DNA of 64,000 nt, taken from NCBI GenBank assembly GCA_023251535.1, contig JAHEYP010000014.1, positions 11,726 to 75,725 on the forward strand. The letters run 5' to 3'. Source of the DNA: Bacteroidota bacterium. GTDB lineage: Bacteria; Bacteroidota; Bacteroidia; AKYH767-A; OLB10. Under the pieces are notes generated by a model. That model worked only from the letters and a program-made list of their open reading frames with translations. It ran no database searches and had not been told where the DNA came from. Within the stretch, counting starts at the first letter, position 1; each line of letters begins with the position of its first letter. Positions 28,243-38,404 of the stretch are shown in pieces. The position numbers and the translations under genes were made by a program.

Positions 28243-28401
28243 CGGCTTTTCCTTGGCACCTGATACAAATCAGTGAAATTGAATTGACATTTCTTTGACA
28301 AAACTCGAAAACTTTATTGGTTTAAGTTTTGTTTAATATTTTAAGTAAAAAGTTAAACAAACCTAAAAACAAACAAATTAAACCCCACAAATCAATTCAT
28401 T

Positions 28402-29103
28402 ATGAAACAATCAATTTTAAAATTTTCAACTTTAGCGCTAGCAGCTGCTGTAATTATGACTTCATTTTCATCTTGCAAGGATGACGACGATGACACAGCT
28501 ACACCATCATTAGGTACTGCAAAAATGATGGTAGTACATGCTTCTCCCGATGCTCCGGGCGTTGATCTTTATGTTGCGGGATCAAAAGTGAATACCGATC
28601 CAGTAGAATTCCTTGATGCTACAGGTTATTTATCTGTAACTGAAGGCACTAGAAATGTAAAAGTGAATGTAGCAGGTACTTCAACTACGGTTATTAATGC
28701 CGATTTACCTTTCACTAAAAATGTGAATTACACACTTTTTGCAGTCGACAGCGTTTCTAAATTATCAACAGTACGTTTGACCGACGATCTTACTGCTCCT
28801 GCTGCAGGAAAGGCTCATGTTCGTTTCGTTCACCTTTCACCGAATGCACCGGCAGTTGATGTTGCTGTTACAGGCGGAGCAGTAGTATTTGCGAATAAGT
28901 CGTTTAAGCAATCAACCGATTTTACGCCGTTGGATGCAGGTACTTATAACTTAGAAGTTCGTGTTGCAGGTACTTCTACGGTTGCTTTAGATCTTGACCC
29001 AATAACATTAACAGCAGGTAAAATCTATACTGTATATGCAGGCGGATTTTTAGGTGGAGTAGGTAGTCAAGCTTTATCAGCGAATATCATCGTTAACAAT
29101 TAG
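28402..29103 (+). CDS. DUF4397-domain lipoprotein
   Basis: Lipobox FSSC-KDDDD; duplicated VHASPDAPGVDLY / VHLSPNAPAVDV domains. Confidence 0.88.
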   Translation: MKQSILKFSTLALAAAVIMTSFSSCKDDDDDTATPSLGTAKMMVVHASPDAPGVDLYVAGSKVNTDPVEFLDATGYLSVTEGTRNVKVNVAGTSTTVINADLPFTKNVNYTLFAVDSVSKLSTVRLTDDLTAPAAGKAHVRFVHLSPNAPAVDVAVTGGAVVFANKSFKQSTDFTPLDAGTYNLEVRVAGTSTVALDLDPITLTAGKIYTVYAGGFLGGVGSQALSANIIVNN

Positions 29104-29122
29104 AGTTCTTATAGGTAGGTTG

Positions 29123-29159
29123 AAGGGAGTTTGGCTTAATTGTCATTCTCCCTTTTTTT
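29123..29159 (+). terminator. Probable intrinsic terminator
   Basis: AAGGGAG...CTCCCTTTTTTT. Confidence 0.6.
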
Positions 29160-29217
29160 ATGCGGCTAACTTTATGCAATATTTTGATTGGGTTCTTGTA
29201 TCTTTGTCCTCTCTTAT

Positions 29218-30144
29218 ATGAAACTCCAGAAATCTTATCCGCTGAGCGAATTAGCTGCTCTTGTTGATGCCCGCGTTATTGGCGATGGCAGTATGTTGGT
29301 TACAGGTATTAACGAAATTCACCGTGTAGAAGCTGGTGATCTTACTTTCGTTGATCATCCGAAGTATTATGATAAGGCGCTGAATTCTGCGGCTACTTTT
29401 GTGATCATTAATAAAGAGGTGGAAGCTCCTGCGGGCAAAGCACTCATTTTTTCGGACGATCCTTTTAGAGATTATGTTTGGCTATGCAAGAATTTCATGC
29501 CTTTCGTGCCTTCTACTTCTGCCATTCATCCTACTGCGAAAATTGGTGAGGGTACCGTTATTCAACCTAACGTTTCTATAGGACCCAATGCCGTTATCGG
29601 AAAAAATTGTCTCATCCACAGCGGTGTCGTTATTTACGATCATTCGGTTATTGGCGATAATGTAGTTATTCATGCTAACGCAGTTTTAGGTGCTGATGCT
29701 TTCTATTTTAAACGTCGCCCTTCGCATTACGAAAAAATGCATTCTTGCGGTCGTGTAGTGATTCACGATGATGTTGAAATCGGAGCTATGTGTACGATCG
29801 ATCGTGGTGTTTCTGCAGATACTATCATCGGACAAGGTTCTAAGCTCGATGATCATGTGCATGTTGGTCACGATACGGTTATCGGTAAGAATTGCTTGTT
29901 CGCTGCTCAAGTAGGTATTGCAGGTTGTGTGAATATTGAAGATGAGGTTATCTTATGGGGACAAGTTGGCGTTCAGAAAGATTTAACGATTAGCAAAGGC
30001 ACAGTTGTCCTAGGACAAAGTGGTGTTCCTAAATCGCTTAAAACAGGAACGTACTTTGGTAGTCCGGTGAAAGAAGCTCGAGAGAAAATGAAAGAACTAG
30101 CACTCATGAATCGCTTGCCTGAGCTTGTTGAAAAGTTAAAGTAA
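29218..30144 (+). CDS. lpxD: UDP-3-O-acylglucosamine N-acyltransferase (LpxD-like)
   Basis: GDLTFVDHPKY N-domain, hexapeptide repeats, GRVVIHDDVEIGA..TIDRG, KLDDHVHVGHD; TATCTTTG at 29199-29206 supports ATG 29218; may be a paralog. Confidence 0.8.
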   Translation: MKLQKSYPLSELAALVDARVIGDGSMLVTGINEIHRVEAGDLTFVDHPKYYDKALNSAATFVIINKEVEAPAGKALIFSDDPFRDYVWLCKNFMPFVPSTSAIHPTAKIGEGTVIQPNVSIGPNAVIGKNCLIHSGVVIYDHSVIGDNVVIHANAVLGADAFYFKRRPSHYEKMHSCGRVVIHDDVEIGAMCTIDRGVSADTIIGQGSKLDDHVHVGHDTVIGKNCLFAAQVGIAGCVNIEDEVILWGQVGVQKDLTISKGTVVLGQSGVPKSLKTGTYFGSPVKEAREKMKELALMNRLPELVEKLK

Positions 30145-30185
30145 TATCCATCACCAAAGGTTTATCTTGTATGTAGTTTCGTACA

Positions 30186-31421
30186 ATGACCTTGGTAAAA
30201 GAACCTGCATTGGGATCGCATTCAGAATTGAACGTAAAAAAGCTGCAATTGCACTGGCTCTTGCAGATTACCAAGGCAATTAATTATAATTTGCCGGCGG
30301 CTCAGCTTTTTGAAATTTACGAGACCGTTATGCGTGATCAGCTGAAGGTTAAAAAATTATTGTTGTTCATTCATGAGCAAACGTGGCATAAAATGCTATC
30401 GTACGGACTCGACGAAGATTTTCATGTTGATCAAGTAGAAGAACGGCTGAATGAAATCAGTCAGATGCAACTCAATAATGTGGCGATGCCAGATTGGGTG
30501 CACGGATTCGAAAGTATCATTCCCGTATTTCATAATAACCAAGCCCTTGCTTATGCATTTATCGGTGGTACCGAGCATGAAGAGATTACGGGATTAAAAG
30601 AAGTTTTGCCTTTCATTCATACTATTACCAATATTATTGTTGTAGCGATCGAGAACAAGCGTTTAACACGTGATACTATTCGACAAGCTCAAATGGAGAA
30701 GGAGTTAGAACTAGCGGCACGAATGCAAAACATGTTGTTCCCTGCTCACCTTCCCTCGAATAAAAAAATCGATTTAGCTGCGACGTATCTTCCACACGAA
30801 TTAGTTGGTGGTGATTACTACGATTATATCGAATTGAATGAGCATGAACTGATGATTTGTCTAGCTGATGTTTCAGGAAAAGGAATTTCAGCGGCTTTGT
30901 TGATGTCGAATTTTCAAGCCAACTTAAATGCAAAAGCGCTTTATTCGAATTCATTAAAAGAGCTGATTCACGATTTAAATAGTAGTGTAAATAAATCGGC
31001 CAAAGGCGAGAAATTTATTACCGTTTTTATTGCGGTGTTGAATACACAAACGCATATTGTTAAATACATCAACGCGGGACATAATCCTCCGTTCATTTAT
31101 GCCGATGGTGAATTTGTTTTACTCGATAAAGGAACTACAGGACTAGGCATGTTTGAAGAGTTACCATTTATCCACGAAGGAATGGTACATCTGAAACCAG
31201 GATCTACTTTGTTTTGCTATACCGATGGAGTAGTAGAGCAAGAAAATGAAAGAGGTGATATTTTCGGAATGGAAATTTTAATGGATTTAATTAAAGATAA
31301 TGCCGATGCTTTTACCATGAAAGATTTGCATTATAGAATAATTGAATCCTTTACTAAGTTCAAAAACAACACCGAAGCAATTGATGATGTTACGTTGTTA
31401 AGCTGCCGATCGCTCGCTTAA
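30186..31421 (+). CDS. PP2C/SpoIIE-family phosphatase (RsbU-like) with GAF-like N-terminus
   Basis: VGGDYYD, ADVSGKG, NAGHNPP, YTDGVVE, DDVTL. Confidence 0.9.
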   Translation: MTLVKEPALGSHSELNVKKLQLHWLLQITKAINYNLPAAQLFEIYETVMRDQLKVKKLLLFIHEQTWHKMLSYGLDEDFHVDQVEERLNEISQMQLNNVAMPDWVHGFESIIPVFHNNQALAYAFIGGTEHEEITGLKEVLPFIHTITNIIVVAIENKRLTRDTIRQAQMEKELELAARMQNMLFPAHLPSNKKIDLAATYLPHELVGGDYYDYIELNEHELMICLADVSGKGISAALLMSNFQANLNAKALYSNSLKELIHDLNSSVNKSAKGEKFITVFIAVLNTQTHIVKYINAGHNPPFIYADGEFVLLDKGTTGLGMFEELPFIHEGMVHLKPGSTLFCYTDGVVEQENERGDIFGMEILMDLIKDNADAFTMKDLHYRIIESFTKFKNNTEAIDDVTLLSCRSLA

Positions 31422-32873
31422 TTTTTGAGCCGTATGGTCGTCGTAGTAGATTTCTAAAGCTACTAGTGCAGCTATGAATCCCCAAAATGGAACCGCCGCT
31501 TTTTCAGTATCAAGGAAGTAGTTTAATCCTCCGTGTATCCAATAAGTTACTAATCCCATTAATAGTCCTTTAACTAATCCTCTTGTGCTTTTGTCGTTGC
31601 AGCGACGCAAGAATTTAGCTGATCGTTGAATAACGACTGCGGCTATGAGAATAAAAGTGATTGGTCCAAATATGCCTTGCTCCGCTAATGGCCCTAAGTA
31701 TTCGCTATGTGATCCTCCTCCTTCAGCAAAGTTGGTACTGATGCCCGAACGTTCTGAGTATTTTTGATAGCGTCCGTATTGGAACATGTATGTCCCCGGA
31801 CCATATCCAAAAATCGGTTTGTCTTTAAACATCCTCAACGCACACGACCATCGATTCAATCGTTCAATATTTGAGTCGTCGGTTGAGATATTTCCAATCG
31901 ATTGCACGTGCGCCGAAAAATCGGTCGATGATGTTTTGTCGTTTCTTTCAAGGTACATTGTGATTTGTACATGAAATAACGCGTAGGTAATTACTACTAA
32001 TGCAATTCCGGTATAAACCATCCAGTCTTTAATGCGAAATACATAAACCAAATAACAAGCTAATCCTCCCGCTAATGCTACCCATGCCGCTCGCGTATAA
32101 GAAAGTACAATAGCAGTTACTAATAAGACAAACATTAAGATGGCATTGGTTCTTGCTTTCTTAGTCTCCTCGGGGTTAACAATTAAAGCGATTAACAGAG
32201 GAATAAAGAATGCAATTACTGCAGCGTAAGCCGTATGATCGTTGTAAAACGGAACCATGGCAATATGTGCGTTTTTCTCTGTGAATCCTGCGGCTGCTTG
32301 ATTAGCCATTGTAATCAAACAAACTATTCCTAAAGGAATCATGTATAGCCACAAGAATTTCTTGATGTTCTTGTAGTACGAGAATAAATACAATACCATG
32401 AAATAGAAAACCGAGATGTAGCAGAATCGTGCTAAAGTCGATTTAAACGATACCATTGGCATTGAGCTCGTTGCTGTTGTAATCGAGTACCAAAACAAAT
32501 GGAAGAATATCATCCAAGTTACAGGGTGATTCGTGATGCGTTTGTCTAATCCACCTTCCGATAAAATCTTTAACCAGAAGACAAGGAATAATCCAAACAT
32601 GATTGGCTCACTTGGTAAACTAACTCCAATGCCAATACTCGTTTTAGCAAGATTGATTGAAAACGGTGTTACAAATACTGCTAAATAAACTACTAAATCG
32701 AGACGAAATATCGTCATGAGTAGTAGGATAAGTGCAAAGGGTAGTCCGACTGAAAATAAATATCCTTTAATCAATCCGTACCCAATCACAGCACATATAA
32801 GTACTGTAATCGCATAAAACCAGCGAACCTGATTTTTGTCGAGTTGATAGAAAGATGATTTAAGCGGCTGCAC
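31398..32873 (-). CDS. O-antigen ligase/polymerase family membrane protein
   Basis: Many TM segments; LSYTRAAW, ERLNRW, PIFGYGPG, HSEYL..LAEQGIFG. Confidence 0.85.
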   Translation of the reverse strand: MQPLKSSFYQLDKNQVRWFYAITVLICAVIGYGLIKGYLFSVGLPFALILLLMTIFRLDLVVYLAVFVTPFSINLAKTSIGIGVSLPSEPIMFGLFLVFWLKILSEGGLDKRITNHPVTWMIFFHLFWYSITTATSSMPMVSFKSTLARFCYISVFYFMVLYLFSYYKNIKKFLWLYMIPLGIVCLITMANQAAAGFTEKNAHIAMVPFYNDHTAYAAVIAFFIPLLIALIVNPEETKKARTNAILMFVLLVTAIVLSYTRAAWVALAGGLACYLVYVFRIKDWMVYTGIALVVITYALFHVQITMYLERNDKTSSTDFSAHVQSIGNISTDDSNIERLNRWSCALRMFKDKPIFGYGPGTYMFQYGRYQKYSERSGISTNFAEGGGSHSEYLGPLAEQGIFGPITFILIAAVVIQRSAKFLRRCNDKSTRGLVKGLLMGLVTYWIHGGLNYFLDTEKAAVPFWGFIAALVALEIYYDDHTAQKLSERSAA

Positions 32874-32879
32874 CGTTTT

Positions 32880-33857
32880 TTACGCTTCTAGTTGTTGTAA
32901 AAGTCGGTCGCGGTATTGCTCTTGATATACAATTACAATAACTGCAACTAACATCGCCGCCAATGAAAACATAATCATAATCAACGCACGCTTAGGTGAA
33001 TCTTTTTTCTCTGGCACTAGCGGAGGAGAAACGGTATTGTGGAAATCAAGATCTTTTTGAGAGTCGTTTATTGCAGCTTCGTAATTCTTTCTGTAATCGT
33101 TATAAGTTCCGCGAACTCTCCAAAGTGTTTCTTTCAAGAACATATATTCTGCACCTTTTTCTTCGAAGTTCTTTTGCATTGTAGCCATCTTCGCATTTGC
33201 TCCGCCTGACGCCATCACTCTGTAATATTCACGGGCGAAACTTCCAACTTGTTGCTCGAAATCGGTAATACCGTATTCTTTACGAATAGTAGTCATTTGA
33301 GCATCCAATGAATCCAAAATCAATTTCTCATGATCCATCATTTCTTTATTTACTCTCGCTGCTTCTAAAGCGCGAATGTGAATTAACGATTTCGCTTTTT
33401 GATCCATGAAATGAATTAATCCTGCACAAAGTTGTTGAGCCATTTTAGGATCTTCATCGAATACAGCAACTTCAATAGCTTCATATTGATTTTTTCCAAC
33501 GCTGATGTTGTCATCCATGCGTTTCATCATCTCGTACCATGGATAACCATTTACTGAGTCAATGCCGTAGTGCTTATAAAGATGATAGGTCTTAACTAAG
33601 CTGTCTCGCACATCTTCCGAGCTTAGAAGCTGTACCATTTGTTCCGTAGGCGTTTCTTTCGAATACGGTGATAAATTGGCAGGGTAAAGCACTGCTGATG
33701 ATTTATACATCGGCTTCATGATAAAAGGAAGCGTAATGATGAATCCGGCAATAGCCGATGCAACGAAAATCTGAAGCAGTTGCTTTTTCCACTTCTTCAA
33801 GATTCGTAGTAATTTAATGGTATTCAACTGATCGGTTTCTGGCGCCGCGTTGTTCAT
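32880..33857 (-). CDS. Wzz-like polysaccharide chain-length determinant
   Basis: Two terminal TM helices, PMYKSSAVLYP, coiled-coil centre, PLVPEKKDSPKR before C-terminal TM. Confidence 0.8.
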   Translation of the reverse strand: MNNAAPETDQLNTIKLLRILKKWKKQLLQIFVASAIAGFIITLPFIMKPMYKSSAVLYPANLSPYSKETPTEQMVQLLSSEDVRDSLVKTYHLYKHYGIDSVNGYPWYEMMKRMDDNISVGKNQYEAIEVAVFDEDPKMAQQLCAGLIHFMDQKAKSLIHIRALEAARVNKEMMDHEKLILDSLDAQMTTIRKEYGITDFEQQVGSFAREYYRVMASGGANAKMATMQKNFEEKGAEYMFLKETLWRVRGTYNDYRKNYEAAINDSQKDLDFHNTVSPPLVPEKKDSPKRALIMIMFSLAAMLVAVIVIVYQEQYRDRLLQQLEA

Positions 33858-34010
33858 GGTACTGTAGATTACATATTAAGGGTCGGCAAAAATAACGTAA
33901 AAGAGGCTGCTTTCCTTGCCTGAACTGCAAAATAGATTTGTATGAAAATGAAGATTTGAAAGCGTAAGATTATTAATTAACGAAAAATCGTAAATGATTG
34001 ATAAACAATA

Positions 34011-35456
34011 TTATGCTTGTTCTGATTTGATTAATTTCACTAGCTCCCGTGGTCTGATGAGGTATAAAAGGAGCGAAATCATGAAGCAAGATGCTACTCC
34101 CAACATTCCTTTTATCATCCAATGGCCTTCTGTTGAGTGCAGGAAAAAGAAGATTCCAAAGCTTAATCCGATGAATAATAAATAGCGCAAGCCTAAATTC
34201 CACTGGAATTTAAATTTGAAAACGCGATGTGCTAACCAGATTTGTAATCCCGCCGTAATGAATTGAGTGGTCATACTCGCCGTAGCCGCTCCCAGCGATT
34301 GCATTTTCGGTATTAATATCAAGTTAAGTGCAATGTTCATGATCATTCCCGACATCGCTACTAAATTCAAATATTTAAGATTACCGTTTGCTGTTAGTAA
34401 TGTCCCGAAAATATAAACAGAACTTATTGCTAAAAAGCAACTCATAATTAGTCTGAATACTGCTGCCGATTCAGCTACATGCGCATGGTATAATAATCCC
34501 ATTATGTCAGTGCTGAAGAAGAAACAGAATGATATAACTGTAATAGCAGGAATTGCTATAAATGAGAATGATAATTCAACTAGTTCTTCTAGCGGTTGCT
34601 TCTTTTTTATCATCTGTGAGAACATAGGTAATAATAACCCGCTGAAGAGATAAGCTATCATATTGGATGCATCTAACAGTCGATAGCTTTGGGCATAAAT
34701 ACCTGCTTGCTCGGCTCCATTCGGCAAAAGTCGTTCAAGCATAACCGAGTCGATTCGGTTATAGAAGGTCATCAGTAAAATCAAAATTGCAAAGGGATAG
34801 CTTTGCTTAAGGATAATTAAGAAGAACTTAGGATTCCATTGCAAACGGTTGAGCTTAGCTTTGCTGCTAACGATCAGGAAGGTGACCAAAATGGTAATTA
34901 GGTACGCAAAGGTCTGCGCCCATACAAACCACTCAATCCGGAATTGTCCCCCAGTGCAGTTGCCCCATAATAAAACCGAACAAATAATGATCATAATGGC
35001 TCTGTCGAGTACCGAAATCATACTGTCGATACGGAATAAGTGGAGGCCGGCGATATTAGAACGGAGGTAGAGGATAAAGGAAATAAGCCCTTGATTCAAT
35101 AACAAGATTCCTAACATCCATAGCTGAGATCCTTTATATCCGAGTATCAAGGCAACGCCTAAGCTCACAATCGCATATACTCCTGCCAATACTAAGCGAA
35201 GCATGATAATTCCGCTTAAGTGCTTCTGCAGTAAGTGATTATGTTGAGCAATATTACGATTATTGAAGTTCGTGATCCCTATATCCAGTAAAATATTGAA
35301 TAAAAAGCTGAAGTTGAAGAGGGCAGAATACAAACCATACGACTCGGCACCTACAGTATTTTGTACCGCACGGTCGATGCCTAAAAGCCAAAAGGGCTTG
35401 ATAAGCAGGTTCAACAGTAGCAAAAATGCCAGGTTGGTGATAAATTTTTTCTGCAT
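34011..35456 (-). CDS. Oligosaccharide flippase (Wzx/PST family)
   Basis: About 14 TM segments; LLDIGITNFN, YNRIDSVML, AGIYAQSYRLLD; ATG 35456; TATTTTTG element at 35472-35479 (-). Confidence 0.85.
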   Translation of the reverse strand: MQKKFITNLAFLLLLNLLIKPFWLLGIDRAVQNTVGAESYGLYSALFNFSFLFNILLDIGITNFNNRNIAQHNHLLQKHLSGIIMLRLVLAGVYAIVSLGVALILGYKGSQLWMLGILLLNQGLISFILYLRSNIAGLHLFRIDSMISVLDRAIMIIICSVLLWGNCTGGQFRIEWFVWAQTFAYLITILVTFLIVSSKAKLNRLQWNPKFFLIILKQSYPFAILILLMTFYNRIDSVMLERLLPNGAEQAGIYAQSYRLLDASNMIAYLFSGLLLPMFSQMIKKKQPLEELVELSFSFIAIPAITVISFCFFFSTDIMGLLYHAHVAESAAVFRLIMSCFLAISSVYIFGTLLTANGNLKYLNLVAMSGMIMNIALNLILIPKMQSLGAATASMTTQFITAGLQIWLAHRVFKFKFQWNLGLRYLLFIGLSFGIFFFLHSTEGHWMIKGMLGVASCFMISLLLYLIRPRELVKLIKSEQA

Positions 35457-35518
35457 CACTTGATTCGGGCGCAAAAATACATCAATTTAGAGGAGATTTT
35501 GTAGAAAATCGATAGCAA

Positions 35519-36124
35519 ATGCTCAATCTTCATTATAATAACAGAGTTTTAGAGGCCGGTATCGACGAAGCGGGACGAGGTTGCTTAGCCGGCCCCGTGG
35601 TTGCTGCTGCTGTTATTTTACCTGTAGGGAAGAAGCTCGATTGGTACGAAGCGTTGAATGATTCAAAGCAATTACCCGAATCGATGCGTGATCGCTTGCG
35701 TACGCTCATTGAGCAAGAAGCTTTGTCATGGTCGGTCGCAATGATTAGTCCCGAGGAAATCGATCGTATTAATATTCTCAATGCAACTTATAAGGCTATG
35801 CATACCGCAATCGCCGGATTAAAGGTAGAACCCGAGTTATTATTGATCGATGGTAATCGCTTTAAACGGTACGCTGGTATCGATCATGTAACCATCGTTA
35901 AAGGCGACGGCAAGTATCTTTCAATTGCTGCTGCATCGGTGCTAGCAAAGACTCATCGCGATGAGCTCATGAAAAAGCTGCACAATGAATTTCCTCAATA
36001 TGCATGGGATCGAAATAAGGCTTATGGTACGGAAGTACATGTGCAAGCAATCCATAAATACGGATTAACCCCACATCATCGTAAAAGTTTTCAGTTGAAA
36101 GAACAACAAATGGCGTTGTTCTAA
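35519..36124 (+). CDS. rnhB: Ribonuclease HII
   Basis: AGIDEAGRGCLAGPVVAAAV, LNDSK, DGN, KGDGKYLSIAAASVLAK. Confidence 0.96.
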   Translation: MLNLHYNNRVLEAGIDEAGRGCLAGPVVAAAVILPVGKKLDWYEALNDSKQLPESMRDRLRTLIEQEALSWSVAMISPEEIDRINILNATYKAMHTAIAGLKVEPELLLIDGNRFKRYAGIDHVTIVKGDGKYLSIAAASVLAKTHRDELMKKLHNEFPQYAWDRNKAYGTEVHVQAIHKYGLTPHHRKSFQLKEQQMALF

Positions 36125-36130
36125 TATCTA

Positions 36131-37480
36131 TTATTCTACAATTAGTTTTTGAGTGTATGTAGAATTTTCAGTTGTCGTTACTTTAACTAAATAAATTCCC
36201 GGCGATAAATGGCTAATATTTAACGTCGACTTTTCTTTGTTAGTTAAAGTGAAAGCTGATTGCAGTTTTCCCGTGATATCAAAAATGGCAGCTGACTGTA
36301 AATTCAATTTACTGCTGATATTTATCTCTTCTTGAGCAGGATTCGGGAATAGTTGGAAACTATTTTCTGCAGTAGCATTTTCTATTACTGATGTTGCAGA
36401 GTTTGAACGAATAGCAACTGCTTCTTTGCAATTGTCGAAGTTTCTAAACATATCAAAGTACTGCGCTCCGTTGAAGATGAATGGCAAATTACTAGTTACT
36501 AATCCTGTTACCATTGATACTCCAATCATGTTTGTTCCGTCGCTGTAATAGTATGTCATTGTGAAAGGATCGATGGCCGCTCCTCCGTTTAATACATATC
36601 CACCTTTTGATGCTGCAATTGGTGAAATGATAGTAACAGCGCCAGTCGATGGATTTATTTTTCCCAACTTAATTGTTGTTGAATCTACATGTGCAACTGA
36701 ATCACCCGGCACCCAAGGGCTAGGAGTATAGCTGATATGATTTGTTCTTACTAAACCATATAAAGCAGTGTCAGCGCAACTATAAGTGAAATTGTCGAAA
36801 TATTGATTTGTTACTGTTCCAATAGTGGCATTGGTATAGATGCTTCCATTATACATATCGAGTCCTATCAGATTTGATCCTGTAGAATAGTAATACACCA
36901 TTTGATATGGATCAATGGCACTTCCTGCCAATGCAAATCCTTGTCCAACTGATGAAGGTGAAATTTCTGTAATCACCCCTGTATTCGTATTGGCTTTCGC
37001 TAAATAAAGCGCCCCAACTGTCATCATTAATGTTGAATCGAAATAATTTCTTCTGGCAAGTCCGTACATAGCACTGTCAGAATTACAGAAACGGAAGTTG
37101 TCGAAGTAACTAGCGCCATTCGGATTACTTAATGTCGCTTGATTGATCAATTGTCCTGTGCTCAAATCAAGTGTATTCATCTTTGATGCACCAATGAAAA
37201 TATAGGTATTGTCATATGGATTTAATGCTGCTCCAGTAAGATTTATGGCATCGTTAAATCCTGTTGCACTAGCCGGTGTAACCACACCTGTAATGGTATT
37301 GTATAGTCCTAAGCGTATTGATGTAGAATCGTAAACCTGACTGATAATTGTAGAATCAAATGGGTTTACAACATACGAATAATAGTTCTGACGAGCTATG
37401 CCATAAATCGTATTGGCTGTTTGAGCCATTGCGAAATTTGCAGTAAGTAAGATTGACAGAGAGAGTAGGATTTTTTTCAT
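36131..37480 (-). CDS. T9SS type A sorting-domain protein with three internal ~105-aa repeats
   Basis: Signal peptide from ATG 37480; repeats YG(I/L)(A/V)RxN...A(L/I)(N/D)P(Y/F)...YFD(N/M)F; CTD FPNPA...GIYLVKV...QKLIVE. Confidence 0.82.
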   Translation of the reverse strand: MKKILLSLSILLTANFAMAQTANTIYGIARQNYYSYVVNPFDSTIISQVYDSTSIRLGLYNTITGVVTPASATGFNDAINLTGAALNPYDNTYIFIGASKMNTLDLSTGQLINQATLSNPNGASYFDNFRFCNSDSAMYGLARRNYFDSTLMMTVGALYLAKANTNTGVITEISPSSVGQGFALAGSAIDPYQMVYYYSTGSNLIGLDMYNGSIYTNATIGTVTNQYFDNFTYSCADTALYGLVRTNHISYTPSPWVPGDSVAHVDSTTIKLGKINPSTGAVTIISPIAASKGGYVLNGGAAIDPFTMTYYYSDGTNMIGVSMVTGLVTSNLPFIFNGAQYFDMFRNFDNCKEAVAIRSNSATSVIENATAENSFQLFPNPAQEEINISSKLNLQSAAIFDITGKLQSAFTLTNKEKSTLNISHLSPGIYLVKVTTTENSTYTQKLIVE

Positions 37481-37605
37481 GGTGTTGATTTGGCTTATCA
37501 AATATAAAACAAAATGTTTTAACAAAAGGGAGAGGGAAAAGTTTTTTTGATGATAATATTTGAGATCGTCCCGGTTAAATTCGGTTTTGTGGCTATTTTC
37601 GCCCT

Positions 37606-38097
37606 ATGAATAGAGAGGAGTTGATGGCATTAGCGCCCAGTGAAAAGGTGGTTTTTAAGCAAAGATTTATCGATCATTGCCATGCTATTTTGAATAACAG
37701 GGTGGCAATGTTGGAGGAGGCCGTTAAAGATGCCCAGGATTCAGCCAATAATGAGGATAAAAGTTCGGCTGGCGACAAGCACGAGACCGCTAGGGCCCTT
37801 AGCCAGAATGCTCGCGACTTAAATGCTTCGGTTTTGGCCGAGGCTTTGCGTGAGCGCGATTTGTTGCTAGGAGTGAAGGATGCCGATTGTGCAGCATTTG
37901 TGAAGAATGGCGCTATTGTTCTGACTTCTTCATTCAACACTTTTATTTGTGTTAATTTAGGGAAAGTCGACTTTGAAGGGCTTTCAATTATGAGTATTTC
38001 TCCTTCAGCTCCCATTGCTCAACAGATGTTGAAGCTTAAAAAGGGCGACAAATTCAATTTTAATAACCGCGAAACGATGCTATTGGATGTGTTTTAA
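37606..38097 (+). CDS. GreA/GreB-like protein (divergent Bacteroidota family)
   Basis: Coiled coil with KSSAGDKHETARA at tip; C-terminal GAIV...ISPSAPIAQQM..LKKGD. Confidence 0.65.
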   Translation: MNREELMALAPSEKVVFKQRFIDHCHAILNNRVAMLEEAVKDAQDSANNEDKSSAGDKHETARALSQNARDLNASVLAEALRERDLLLGVKDADCAAFVKNGAIVLTSSFNTFICVNLGKVDFEGLSIMSISPSAPIAQQMLKLKKGDKFNFNNRETMLLDVF

Positions 38098-38124
38098 TAG
38101 CTTTGTATCGGAAAAAGATTGCTT

Positions 38125-38379
38125 ATGCTAACCAATAACGATATCCTTAAGAAAATTCGTGTAGCCTTAGAGCTGCGTGACGACGATATTATTGAGATTT
38201 TAAAATTGAATGATTTCGAAATTACGAAGAGTGAGTTGAACGCTTTATTTCGAAAAGAAGATCATCCGAATTATGTGCCTTGCGGCGATCAGTTGCTAAG
38301 GAATTTTTTAAACGGACTCATTACCTATAAAAGAGGGCCAAAGCCTGATTCAGCAGCAAAAAAAAGAGGTGATTTATAA
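38125..38379 (+). CDS. DUF1456 (YehS-like) family protein
   Basis: LTNNDILKKIRVAL...CGDQLLRNFLNGLI..KRG; TAGCTTTG -7 element at 38098-38105. Confidence 0.85.
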   Translation: MLTNNDILKKIRVALELRDDDIIEILKLNDFEITKSELNALFRKEDHPNYVPCGDQLLRNFLNGLITYKRGPKPDSAAKKRGDL

Positions 38380-38394
38380 TCACCTCTTTTTTTG
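38357..38394. terminator. Bidirectional terminator overlapping DUF1456 stop
   Basis: AAAAAAAGAGGTGAT...ATCACCTCTTTTTTT inverted repeat between convergent genes. Confidence 0.8.
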
Positions 38395-38404
38395 TATTTA
38401 TTGT

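Noticed and set aside
31398..31421. 24-bp overlap between convergent phosphatase and O-antigen ligase genes
   Set aside because: Short convergent 3' overlaps are ordinary in compact genomes
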